This document shows, in pieces, positions 9,306 through 18,700 of a DNA stretch of 64,000 bases; positions within the stretch are counted from its first letter, which is position 1; every line of letters begins with the position of its first letter. The notes below the pieces were generated by a model. It did no database searches. It was not told where the DNA came from and saw nothing but the letters and a program-made list of their open reading frames with translations. Made by a program: the position numbers and the translations under genes. This DNA comes from Nostoc sp. DedSLP01 (lineage in GTDB: Bacteria > Cyanobacteriota > Cyanobacteriia > Cyanobacteriales > Nostocaceae): the NCBI GenBank assembly GCA_034530875.2, contig JAVRCJ020000001.1, positions 96,001-160,000 of the forward strand, read 5' to 3'.

Positions 9306-10049
9306 ATGACTGAACCCCTTACTCCTCAAGCAATCGAAACCTTGGCAGCAGGCTATGTCGTGGGCGATCTCGATGCCACCGAAGCAGAAGTTTTCGAGCA
9401 ACTGCTGGCAGAAAATCCAGCATTAGTGGCAGAAGTGAAGCGGCTTCAGGCAACCTTAGACGAGGTAGTTTACAGTTTAAACAGCGTGGAACCGCCTCAT
9501 CATCTCCGAGAAGCTATCCTGGCTGCCGCTACCACTAGTTTCCAACCCTCAAGGCACAAACCGTCTCGGCTCCTCTGGCCGATCGTCATGGGTAGTGTCG
9601 CTGCACTCTTGATTCTGTATTTAGGAGTAGATAACTATCGCTTGCGACAGGATTTGGCCATAGCTAGTGATATCAATACCCTACTGCAACAGGAGAAGAC
9701 GCAGCTTTTTTCTCTCAAGGCTGTGAAAGCATCGGATACTGCTGCGGGTAGCTTTGTTGTGAATCTAGGACAACGGCAGGGAATTCTAGCCGTGCAAAAT
9801 CTGGTAACTCCACCCACAGGTAAAGTCTATCGACTTTGGGCGGTAGCTGATGGCGAAAAAATCCCCTGTGGCACTGTGAAAATTAATCCTCAGGGAAAGG
9901 TGTTAGATAAATTCTGGATGCCTGCCGACTTTTATGACACAGGTATCTCTGGATTATTCGTGACGTTGGAATCCTCTGAAACTAGCCGTTATCCCACTGG
10001 AACTATCGTGATGCAGAGTAACTCATCTACCTTCCATGAAACGCTATGA
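9306..10049 (+). CDS. Anti-sigma factor, RskA-like
   Basis: N-terminal LAAGYVVGDL…PP..LREAIL, one TM helix, C-terminal YRLWA…FVTLE..PTG typical of RskA; directly follows the sigma gene. Confidence 0.88.
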   Translation: MTEPLTPQAIETLAAGYVVGDLDATEAEVFEQLLAENPALVAEVKRLQATLDEVVYSLNSVEPPHHLREAILAAATTSFQPSRHKPSRLLWPIVMGSVAALLILYLGVDNYRLRQDLAIASDINTLLQQEKTQLFSLKAVKASDTAAGSFVVNLGQRQGILAVQNLVTPPTGKVYRLWAVADGEKIPCGTVKINPQGKVLDKFWMPADFYDTGISGLFVTLESSETSRYPTGTIVMQSNSSTFHETL

Positions 10050-10188
10050 CTATTGTCATCACTTTTGATAGCTGCATCCTTGATTTTTCTTTAGTCCACC
10101 TCCGTGGACTACCCTTCGGGAAGGCTTCGCCTACATTTGTGTAGTAACGAATTCCATTTGCCCAATACTTTTCAAACATCTTTTTATA

Positions 10189-11118
10189 TCAGATGCTAAT
10201 ATTATCTCCTCGCTGAGGATTGACTGAGAAGCGCAAAATTGATAGCCCTAAAATTATCAAAAATAACACGAGTCCAATTGTACAAGCATAGCTAATTTCC
10301 AAATTATTGAAGGCTTGTTCGTACAGATAATAAACAATAGTTTTCGAGCTATTGAGTGGCCCTCCTTGAGTCATAATATATACTTCTTCAAAGACTTTGG
10401 TGGCAGAAATAGCTGAAATTACAGCTACCAAAGCAAGATAAGGCTTCATTAAAGGTATAGTAATGTCCCAATGTTTCCTAATACCATCAGAGCCATCAAT
10501 TGCTGCGGCTTCGTACACATCACCAGGAATTGATTGTAATCCTGCTAAATAAATTACCATGTAGTAGCCTAAACCTTTCCACACAGTAACAGCCATAACG
10601 CTAGCAAGAGAAATTGGTACAATGCCAAAAAGTTTAGCTGGGCTAGTTAGCCAAGGAATACCTTCTGAAATAATACCTAAGGCTTTAAAAAACTGGTTGA
10701 GTAATCCATTTTCTGCATACAACCATTTCCAAGCTATCCCAGCAACTACCATAGAAATTACTACTGGTGTGTAGTATGCAGATCTAAACCAATTCATCCC
10801 CCGCAGTTTTTGATTTACCAAAATTGCCAGCCCCAAGGGAGCAATTACCAAAATTGGTACTACACCCGCAAGATATAAAAAAGTGTTTTCCAAAGTTTTC
10901 CAAAAAACTGCATCTTTCCAAAGCTTGAGAAAGTTAGCAAAACCTATCCATTGCGGCGGTTGACCTATATCTTCATAGCTAGTAAAGCTGAGGTAAAATG
11001 CTTGCAGTGCAGGCCAAAAAACAGTTAACCACAAAAGAATCAAAGCGGGCAGTAAAAATAAATAAGGAGTCAGCCGCTGTTTGAGTAACATCCAAGTTTG
11101 AGGTTTCAATTGATTCAT
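10189..11118 (-). CDS. Carbohydrate ABC transporter permease
   Basis: EAA loop LAGLQSIPGDVYEAAAIDG; multiple TM helices. Confidence 0.92.
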   Translation of the reverse strand: MNQLKPQTWMLLKQRLTPYLFLLPALILLWLTVFWPALQAFYLSFTSYEDIGQPPQWIGFANFLKLWKDAVFWKTLENTFLYLAGVVPILVIAPLGLAILVNQKLRGMNWFRSAYYTPVVISMVVAGIAWKWLYAENGLLNQFFKALGIISEGIPWLTSPAKLFGIVPISLASVMAVTVWKGLGYYMVIYLAGLQSIPGDVYEAAAIDGSDGIRKHWDITIPLMKPYLALVAVISAISATKVFEEVYIMTQGGPLNSSKTIVYYLYEQAFNNLEISYACTIGLVLFLIILGLSILRFSVNPQRGDNISI

Positions 11119-11274
11119 CGGAAGTTTAATAGTTGTTTTTGCTTTGTAATAATTTGTGAGAACTAGGATTTAAGCTTCAATATTTTAAGGGCATATATTC
11201 CTTTGTCAACCAATAATAATGTAGGAAATCTCAAGAAACGCTAAAATCAAGTCAGCCTTTGTAATGTAGCGGTT

Positions 11275-13035
11275 GTGTCCCACATCAACCAGAGCGCTGT
11301 TCACTGCATAAATCCTGATTGCCAACGTCCTTATCCTCAACCTTGGGGAAACAAATTTTGCAATAGCTGTGGCGCACCGCTACAGTTGTTAGACCGCTAT
11401 ATCCCAGTTGAAAGGTTGGGTTCGGGAGGATTTGCTCAAATTTATACGGTTTGGGATCGAAAAACTCAAATTGAGAAAGTGCTGAAAGTGTTGGTAGAAG
11501 ATTCGCCAAAAGCACTAGAATTATTTACCCAAGAGGCGGAAGTTTTATGTAGATTAAAGCATCCTGGTGTGCCAAAAGTTGATGCTGATGGGTATTTTCA
11601 GCTAAATTTATTCAATCCCAAACCGCACCAACTCTCTTGTCTGGTAATGGAAAAAATTAATGGGCGGACTTTAGAGGAGATATTAAAAAAGTATCCGCAA
11701 GGGTGTCCGCAGGATTTGGTTTTAAACTGGTTCGCCCAAGCTGTAGAAATTTTACAGGAATTACACAAGCGTCAAATTATTCACCGAGACATTAAACCTT
11801 CTAATTTGATGCTGGATACCTCTTCGTCAACTTTACCAGCGATCGCAGGCCAAACAAAAGGCGATCGCCTGGTATTAATTGATTTTGGCGGAGCAAAACA
11901 AGTTAGCGCTTCAAAAGTGGGTTCTAGGTCTAGTTCCACCCGGTTATTTTCTTCTGGCTACAGTCCACCAGAACAAGTCACTGGGGGCATTGTGGGGCCG
12001 AGTGCCGATTTTTTTGCCCTTGGTCGAACGATAATCGAACTACTAACAGGAAAGTATCCGCCGGAGTTGGAAGATCCGCAAACAGGGAAGTTGCTGTGGC
12101 GCACTAGGGTGAATGTCAACCCGCAGTTAGCAGATTTGCTGGATGAGATGGTCGCAGAGAATGTGCGATCGCGTCCCGAAAATGCAGCTATGATTCAAAA
12201 GCGTCTAGCTAAGATTTCTCAACCATTACTGCCGCAAGGGTTATTTTCTCAACTGCGCGACAACATTAAGCAAGCCTCAACCCAAGCCTCCCAGCAGTTT
12301 ACACAGCTAACACAGGGCATTGAACGAGTTTTAGCTAAATTTGGCCAAGGTGTAAATCAAACTCTTATATTTATCGTTCAGACAATCTGGAAAATTATCG
12401 CAGCTTGTTTGGCAACGATTTGGGCGATGGTGCTGACTTGTTTGGGCGCTTGTTTTGGTGCTAGCGCGGGTTTTATTTTGGCCTATCGCACAAGCTTGGG
12501 GCGTCGGGTTGTGGAATTTCTGTTAACTCAGGCAAACTTATTAGTTCCCAATACTCAACCCACCTTCGGGGCAGATATTTTAATCTTTATCGTTGCGGGT
12601 TGGGGAACGGCATGGGGATTGACAGTATGCGGATGTTTTGGTCAACGGCGGCGGTTTTTAGTAGCCTCGGTGATGGGGATCGTTAGCTATGGCTTTGGCT
12701 GGTTAATTTTGCAATTGATGACAACAAAAGATAGCGGCGAAGGTTTAATAGCAGCGATTTTAATGGGAGTTTCCTTACTGACTTTGAGTTTGGGACTCCG
12801 CAGCCATCACATAGTTTACGCTGTGTTCGCTGCCTTTGGCAGTGCGATCGGCTATGCTGTTTTAATTCTTTTAAATTTCGCACCTCCTATATTGCAATTT
12901 TCGAGTCAACCAGGCTGGTTAGAGTTATACAGACCTCTAATTTTTTTTGGTTCTGTAGGCTTGTTTCTCAGTTTTTGGTTAGGAGTAAGTTTCTATCTAA
13001 TTGTGCCTGGGTTACGCCTTTTAGGGTGGCGGTAA
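11275..13035 (+). CDS. Ser/Thr protein kinase with N-terminal 4-Cys motif and polytopic C-terminal membrane domain
   Basis: CINPDC…CNSCG; GSGGFA, HRDIKPSN, DFG, YSPPEQ; hydrophobic C-terminus. Confidence 0.92.
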   Translation: MSHINQSAVHCINPDCQRPYPQPWGNKFCNSCGAPLQLLDRYIPVERLGSGGFAQIYTVWDRKTQIEKVLKVLVEDSPKALELFTQEAEVLCRLKHPGVPKVDADGYFQLNLFNPKPHQLSCLVMEKINGRTLEEILKKYPQGCPQDLVLNWFAQAVEILQELHKRQIIHRDIKPSNLMLDTSSSTLPAIAGQTKGDRLVLIDFGGAKQVSASKVGSRSSSTRLFSSGYSPPEQVTGGIVGPSADFFALGRTIIELLTGKYPPELEDPQTGKLLWRTRVNVNPQLADLLDEMVAENVRSRPENAAMIQKRLAKISQPLLPQGLFSQLRDNIKQASTQASQQFTQLTQGIERVLAKFGQGVNQTLIFIVQTIWKIIAACLATIWAMVLTCLGACFGASAGFILAYRTSLGRRVVEFLLTQANLLVPNTQPTFGADILIFIVAGWGTAWGLTVCGCFGQRRRFLVASVMGIVSYGFGWLILQLMTTKDSGEGLIAAILMGVSLLTLSLGLRSHHIVYAVFAAFGSAIGYAVLILLNFAPPILQFSSQPGWLELYRPLIFFGSVGLFLSFWLGVSFYLIVPGLRLLGWR

Positions 13036-13046
13036 AAGAACCCAGA

Positions 13047-13077
13047 TGTAGAGACGTTGCATTGCAACGTCTCTACA
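13047..13077. repeat. REP-like palindrome (GTAG family)
   Basis: TGTAGAGACGTTGCA-T-TGCAACGTCTCTACA, perfect 15-bp arms. Confidence 0.8.
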
Positions 13078-13113
13078 AGAATTTCGATATTATGCACAAA
13101 TGCCCAAATACAA

Positions 13114-13152
13114 GATCCCCCTAGCTCTTTTTTTCTTTGAGCTAGGGGGATC
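13114..13152. terminator. Stem-loop downstream of the kinase gene (terminator or dispersed repeat)
   Basis: GATCCCCCTAGCTC…GAGCTAGGGGGATC, 14-bp perfect stem. Confidence 0.5.
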
Positions 13153-13371
13153 GCATATGTGGTAGTCTATAAATGATTCGGTATAGTTCCTTACGACTCG
13201 ATTGTATAGCCAATATTTCAGTTTGAGTAGTCCTACCACGAGAATTTATATTATATTCATCGCTTCTTAATCAATGCTTCATTCTGGTTATTCACTTGAC
13301 TAGTCTTATATGTAAGTATGACAGTACCCAGTGTAAATTACTTGTCATCCTTGTAAATATCTGTAACGAAT

Positions 13372-13935
13372 ATGAAACTTAAGATTGTCACCACTCTCGT
13401 CCTGTTAGCTTGTTTTGGCTTTGCAGGTCGGACTTTGGCATCAAATGCACAAGACTTGGAGCAGTTGAAGGCAACCAATGCTTGTCCCAGGTGTGATTTG
13501 AGTGGTGCTGACCTAACTCAGGCCAATCTCACTGGAGCAAATCTGCGAGGGGCTAACTTAAGCGGTGCCAAATTATCTGAAGCTAATCTCACGAATGTCG
13601 ATTTGACTGGTGCAAATTTAGAAAATGCAATTCTCGATTCAGCAAACCTCACTCGTGCTTCCTTAACAGGTGCAAACTTAAAATCAGCATCCCTAGAAAA
13701 AGCCAATCTTTCCTACGCTGGTTTTATGAGCGCCAATTTAGAAGCAGCAAACTTAAAAGATGTGACGTTGCTGTTTACTAACTTTCGGGCGGCAAATTAC
13801 CGTTTAACAATTCTAGATAATGGTGTTGTTACATCTGATAAATCCTATGGTTGGTCGTTAGAACGTCCAAATACCAGAGAATGTAACCAGTTCAAACCCG
13901 AAAATACTCCCGGCACAACCTGTTACGGAAAATAG
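13372..13935 (+). CDS. Exported pentapeptide repeat protein
   Basis: Signal peptide; CPRCDL followed by A(D/N)Lxx repeats. Confidence 0.93.
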   Translation: MKLKIVTTLVLLACFGFAGRTLASNAQDLEQLKATNACPRCDLSGADLTQANLTGANLRGANLSGAKLSEANLTNVDLTGANLENAILDSANLTRASLTGANLKSASLEKANLSYAGFMSANLEAANLKDVTLLFTNFRAANYRLTILDNGVVTSDKSYGWSLERPNTRECNQFKPENTPGTTCYGK

Positions 13936-14128
13936 AATTGGGGCATTGGGAAAGCAAGGAGTGTGGGAGGTGTGGGAGGATGGGGAAGAAATCTTTCCCC
14001 CCACACTCCCCACACTTCCCTATCTCCCCATCTCCCCATCTCCCCAGACCCAATCCGCAAATATATCAGTTTTTTGTTTGTTACAGTTCTTTATCATAGA
14101 AAGCAAGCCTATAGATTAATTGATATCG

Positions 14129-15316
14129 ATGCTTGCTCGTATTAAAGACTTAGCAACAAAACTAGCGCCCCGATTAATTGAAATTCGCCGCCACATTCAC
14201 TCTCACCCAGAACTCAGCGGTCAGGAGTACCAAACAGCTGCTTTTGTAGCTGGTGTTCTGTCTTCCAGCGGTTTGTATGTACAGGAAGGCGTTGGTAGAA
14301 CAGGTGTCATTGGAGAATTGCGAAATAATAGCCAAAATGAGCGTTTATTGGCAATTCGCACCGATATGGATGCTTTGCCAATTCAAGAGGGCACTAATTT
14401 GGAATATGCCTCTCGTGCAGATGGCGTCATGCACGCTTGCGGTCACGATGTCCACACCACAGTCGGATTAGGAACGGCAATGGTACTGTCACAAGTGGCA
14501 GATGAGTTGGGCGGTAAAGTACGGTTTTTATTTCAGCCAGCTGAGGAAATTTCCCAAGGGGCAAGCTGGATGGTAAAAGATGGGGCGATGGCAAACGTCT
14601 CGGCTATATTAGGGGTTCATGTTTTCCCTTCTATACCCGCAGGTTCTATTGGCGTGCGTTATGGGGCTTTGACTGCTGCTGCTGATGAATTAGAGATTTT
14701 GATTATTGGCGAATCGGGACATGGGGCGCGTCCCCATGAGGCGATTGATGCGATTTGGATTGCATCTCAAGTTATTACTGCATTGCAACAAGCCATCAGC
14801 CGGACACAAAATCCTTTGCGTCCTGTAGTTTTGAGCATCGGGAAAATTAATGGTGGTAGAGCGCCAAATGTAATTGCTGATAAGGTGCAGTTATTGGGAA
14901 CTGTGCGATCGCTCCATCCCGAAACCCGCGCCCATCTACCCAACTGGATTGAAAATATTGTGGCTAATGTCTGCCGTCCTTACGGGGCAGGCTATCAAGT
15001 TAATTATGGTCAAGGCGTACCCAGCGTTCAAAATGATTATGCGCTGACACAATTGTTACAATCAGCCGCAGAAGAAGCTTGGAGTAGCGATCGCGTCCAA
15101 GTCTTACCCGAACCATCCCTTGGTGCTGAAGATTTTTCTATATATTTAGAACACGTTCCGGGTTCAATGTTTCGCTTGGGTGTCGGCTACAAAGAAAGAC
15201 TAATTAACCACCCATTACACCATCCTCAATTTGAAGTTGATGAATCTGCCATTCTCACCGGAGTTGTGACCATGGCCTACGCAGCTTACAAATATTATGC
15301 TGATTCTCAGCAATAA
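14129..15316 (+). CDS. M20 family amidohydrolase
   Basis: RRHIHSHPELS, RTDMDALP, MHACGHD, FQPAEE, GAEDFS, LHHPQF. Confidence 0.93.
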   Translation: MLARIKDLATKLAPRLIEIRRHIHSHPELSGQEYQTAAFVAGVLSSSGLYVQEGVGRTGVIGELRNNSQNERLLAIRTDMDALPIQEGTNLEYASRADGVMHACGHDVHTTVGLGTAMVLSQVADELGGKVRFLFQPAEEISQGASWMVKDGAMANVSAILGVHVFPSIPAGSIGVRYGALTAAADELEILIIGESGHGARPHEAIDAIWIASQVITALQQAISRTQNPLRPVVLSIGKINGGRAPNVIADKVQLLGTVRSLHPETRAHLPNWIENIVANVCRPYGAGYQVNYGQGVPSVQNDYALTQLLQSAAEEAWSSDRVQVLPEPSLGAEDFSIYLEHVPGSMFRLGVGYKERLINHPLHHPQFEVDESAILTGVVTMAYAAYKYYADSQQ

Positions 15317-15324
15317 GCAAAGAT

Positions 15325-15511
15325 TAGACTTCTTGCAGAAGTCGGGAAAAGGGGGAAAGGTTTGGTATTTTGCTTTCCCCAATAAAGATGAGTCCCTTTG
15401 ACCACAAGAGTGCAAAAAACACTTTTGCAAGAGACTCCATGAGTCGAACTCACAAGGAACAATAAAAATTTCTTTTCCCCATTCCCTACTCCCTATTTTC
15501 AAGGCAGGTCT
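15325..15511. mobile_element. MITE-like element whose right terminal repeat is interrupted by an approx. 75-bp insert
   Basis: Left end TAGACTTCTTGCAGAAGT; right end ACTTTTGCAAGA[insert]GGTCT; reverse complement of 15421-15511 closely matches 33393-33498. Confidence 0.6.
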
Positions 15512-15523
15512 TTTGTAAGTAAA

Positions 15524-15550
15524 AACTCCCAACACTATGTGTTAGGAGTT
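15524..15550 (-). terminator. Probable intrinsic terminator of the hemerythrin-domain gene
   Basis: AACTCCCAACAC-TAT-GTGTTAGGAGTT stem with A-run on the left (U-tail on the minus strand). Confidence 0.6.
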
Positions 15551-15628
15551 CTTCTATTTTTCTAGCAATTTGTTATCGCAACTAAGCTAGATTAATTAAG
15601 CAAAATTTTGTATTTCTTCCACTGTTAG

Positions 15629-16681
15629 CTAGATTTTAGATTCGTTAACAACACCTAATTTTTCTTGAATTTTTGCTTTAGCAGCTTTGAATTCGGTAGC
15701 GAGTTGCTCGCTTTGTTCGCTGCTCAAGTTGTTGCGAATTCCAGCAAACAGTGTGCTTTCTTCTTGACGAACGTGGTCGCCAACAATGTCCATTAGCTCT
15801 TTGATTCGATCTTTGAATTCAGGTGCAGAAGGGCTAATAGATCTAATGCGATCTAAGCGACGTTTCATGTCAGCTTGCTCGTCATACAGTTCTTGGGTGT
15901 TGTCTTGACCGTAGAAAGAACGTACTCTTGGGTAGACAACTTCTTCTTCAGCTTCAGCGTGAACTGTCAGATCTTTGTAAATTTGACCGAAGTATTCTTG
16001 GATCTTTTGGGGATCGTTGCTTTGTAATAGTTCGGTAAACAGAGTATTTACTTTGTTGTGATCTAGGCGGATAACATCTTGGATATTCAGATCCTTTTTG
16101 TCGGTGTTTTGGGTTACAGCACTACCGACTACACCAGTTACCGCAGCCACAGCATCTTGAACGCGCGCCCAAATTCCTTGATCTGCATCTTGGCCAGTTA
16201 GTTCGCGGACGCCCAGAATTTCAAGAATACCTTTGAGTTGTTCTTGGTGAGCGCGGTTTTCAAAGTTAATTGTATTCAATGGCCCGATCGCTACCATTAC
16301 GTCAGCACCGACTTTTTGAGCAGCTTTATGAACTATCAAACCACTCATAACAATTTGATGTTTGAGCAATTCATGCTGAGATACTTTCTCATATAAGCTC
16401 AACTCGGAACCTTGGAACAATTCTTTTGCTCTTTCAATGAATTGTGTCACATTTTGTTTAGGTTCAGCCTGAATGCCGTACTGAGTAATGACAGTTTCCA
16501 AAACGCCAAGATTTTTTTCATCATCTTTGATGAAATTGCGGATGCGATCGCCAATTTCCGCATCGAGACCTTGTTGTAAAAGTTGTTTTTCGTTTTCAAG
16601 GACTAATTCTTGTAATGCTTTGATACTTGCTAATTTCACAGCAATAGCATTGCGTTTGGTGTCATCTAAACTAGATACCAT
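15629..16681 (-). CDS. Hemerythrin (HHE cation-binding) domain protein with N-terminal helical domain
   Basis: DHNKV…HAEAEEEVVYP…HVRQEESTLF hemerythrin-like motifs. Confidence 0.85.
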   Translation of the reverse strand: MVSSLDDTKRNAIAVKLASIKALQELVLENEKQLLQQGLDAEIGDRIRNFIKDDEKNLGVLETVITQYGIQAEPKQNVTQFIERAKELFQGSELSLYEKVSQHELLKHQIVMSGLIVHKAAQKVGADVMVAIGPLNTINFENRAHQEQLKGILEILGVRELTGQDADQGIWARVQDAVAAVTGVVGSAVTQNTDKKDLNIQDVIRLDHNKVNTLFTELLQSNDPQKIQEYFGQIYKDLTVHAEAEEEVVYPRVRSFYGQDNTQELYDEQADMKRRLDRIRSISPSAPEFKDRIKELMDIVGDHVRQEESTLFAGIRNNLSSEQSEQLATEFKAAKAKIQEKLGVVNESKI

Positions 16682-17090
16682 TGGTGGTTCTCCTGTGCAA
16701 AGTTTTCGTAAGGATTGCTAATATTTAGACTGACACACACTAGATGGATATTCCATCTTTCTTTTGAGCGATCGCTTTGCACGACTCTGGGTAGAAAAAC
16801 ATCAAATTTCAGCGTTGCGAACGAAAAATACCAATTCCAGCCCTCGCTTTAATTCATAATTCCAAAAAAAGCAACCTAATACTACTTTTCAAGTAGCGAT
16901 CGCGTAGTTGGCAACGGGAAAATTTAGTATAGGTTGAAGCCTGAAGTAGTTTTAAGCCTAGCTTGCTACCGTAGGCATCCCTCAGATTGTTCGAGCAGAC
17001 ATTCTGGTGGTATATTTCCACATCTCACTTTGTCAGAGGTAGAAAAATTCTATATTATTAAATAATCGAACAGACATAGAAGATTCACTA

Positions 17091-17402
17091 ATGCAATTAG
17101 TCAGTCGAGAGCATATTGCAATCGCTCCTGATGTGCGGAGTGGAAAACCCTGCATTATCGGTACTCGCATTGCTGTAGAAGATGTGGCGGTGATGCATTT
17201 AAAGCTAGGGTATTCTTTGGTAGAGATTGCTGGTAAATATGACCTGTCACTAGCATCTGTTTATGCAGCAATGGCTTATTACTTCGATCGCCGAGAGGAG
17301 ATAGATCGCCGCACCGCCCAAGAGGATGAGTTGGTTGAGGTACTGAAGCAAAATTCTCCCTCGCGTTTGCAAGAGAAACTCAGACAATTGAGGAATGAGT
17401 GA
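17091..17402 (+). CDS. DUF433 family putative antitoxin
   Basis: P.VRSGKPCIIGTRIAV…YDLSLASVYAAMAYY. Confidence 0.9.
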   Translation: MQLVSREHIAIAPDVRSGKPCIIGTRIAVEDVAVMHLKLGYSLVEIAGKYDLSLASVYAAMAYYFDRREEIDRRTAQEDELVEVLKQNSPSRLQEKLRQLRNE

Positions 17403-17730
17403 ACGAATTCGCTTTCATCTGGATGAGAACGTCGATCCGGCGATCGCGCTTGGCTTGCGTCGTTATGGAATTGATGTCACAACAACCAATGATGTGGAAT
17501 TACGCACTCAAAGTGATGAAGTACAGTTAGCGTTTATTCAGGAAACACAGCGAATACTGTTTACTCAAGATGCAGATTTTTTGATTATTGCAAGTTCTAA
17601 ATTCGACCATCCTGGTATTACCTACTGTAAAAAAGGAACTCGTTCAATTGGTGAAATCATTGAAACTTTGGTTTTAATTTATGAGGTGATGACACCTGAA
17701 GAAATGGTGGGACGTGTGGAGTTTTTGTGA
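17395..17730 (+). CDS. DUF5615 PIN-like putative toxin
   Basis: FHLDENV…D…RILFTQDADF…HPGI; 8-bp overlap with the DUF433 gene. Confidence 0.88.
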   Translation: MSERIRFHLDENVDPAIALGLRRYGIDVTTTNDVELRTQSDEVQLAFIQETQRILFTQDADFLIIASSKFDHPGITYCKKGTRSIGEIIETLVLIYEVMTPEEMVGRVEFL

Positions 17731-17949
17731 AATTAAAGCTACCGAGAGACGAACCACTGTAATTCTATGTTGCTAAGAAAGCGATCGCTTTTTGTAAGAA
17801 TACCTGCTGACTAGTGATGTTTACGACAGGCTAAGACTAAGCCCAAGTTTGTCAAGTAAGCATTCTTGTCTGGTTTAATCTATAACTTTGTAATAGTTAG
17901 AATAACTGTATATGATTAAATTATGGAATGTTAGGTAGAAGGTAAAAAT

Positions 17950-18393
17950 ATGACAATTACTACCAAATTAAAACAGCTTTATGAAACTGATGATAGTTTA
18001 TGGCTAGAAAAAACTATTGAATTATTAAAACAAAAACAGTTTAACCAACTTGATTTAGAAAACTTAATTGAGGAATTAATCAGTTTGGGTAAAAGAGATT
18101 TAGCGAAAGCCAAAAGTCTTTTAAGGCAAATTATTATTCATATATTATTACTCCAATATTGGCAGATAGAATATGAAAGAAACTATCGTCATTGGCTTGG
18201 AGAAATTAAAACTTTTAGATATGATTTAAATAATCATCTAACCACCAATTTAATGAACAAATTACAAGATGATTTAGAGAATATTTATCAAAGTGCAGTT
18301 GGTTTTGTACAAGTTAAAACCGATTTAACAATTTTTCCAGAAAAATGTCCTTACACTCTTGCACAATTATTGGATGATAATTATTTGCCTTAA
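17950..18393 (+). CDS. DUF29 family protein
   Basis: LYETDDSLWL…LDLENLIEEL…FPEKCPYTLAQLLD. Confidence 0.9.
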   Translation: MTITTKLKQLYETDDSLWLEKTIELLKQKQFNQLDLENLIEELISLGKRDLAKAKSLLRQIIIHILLLQYWQIEYERNYRHWLGEIKTFRYDLNNHLTTNLMNKLQDDLENIYQSAVGFVQVKTDLTIFPEKCPYTLAQLLDDNYLP

Positions 18394-18456
18394 ATATATC
18401 AGTTTTATCTGATTTTTGTGAAACCAAAATCGCACTAAAAAGCTATGCTGCAAATT

Positions 18457-18486
18457 GGCGATGTCTACGACAGGCTACGCCTACGC
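18457..18486. repeat. Small dispersed repeat resembling the HIP1-associated cyanobacterial SDR elements
   Basis: GGCGATGTCTACGACAGGCTACGCCTACGC; a degenerate copy lies near 17815-17842. Confidence 0.5.
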
Positions 18487-18527
18487 AATGTCACCAATAG
18501 TCATAAAAATTATATTTTTGAATACAA

Positions 18528-18596
18528 TCAATTTTTCCGCTGTAACCAAGCAAAAATTTCATCAGCAGTAAGTGTCAAATTTATATCTTCTAACAG
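18528..18596 (-). pseudogene. 3' remnant resembling the C-terminus of a Uma2 (DUF820) family endonuclease
   Basis: Minus frame reads LLEDINLTLTADEIFAWLQRKN*; in-frame stop shortly upstream and no start codon. Confidence 0.45.
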
Positions 18597-18700
18597 GCTG
18601 TGGAAGGATACTGATAACTTTTAATTATGTTATACTGTTAGCACTGGCAACTTAGAATAATTTAAATGCATCATTCAGTGCTTCATTCTTAAGAAAAGCA

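Noticed and set aside
13963..14145. Short ORFs rich in G/P/H/S (also 28406-28612, 51994-52194, 62547-62832)
   Set aside because: Translations of STRR-like intergenic tracts
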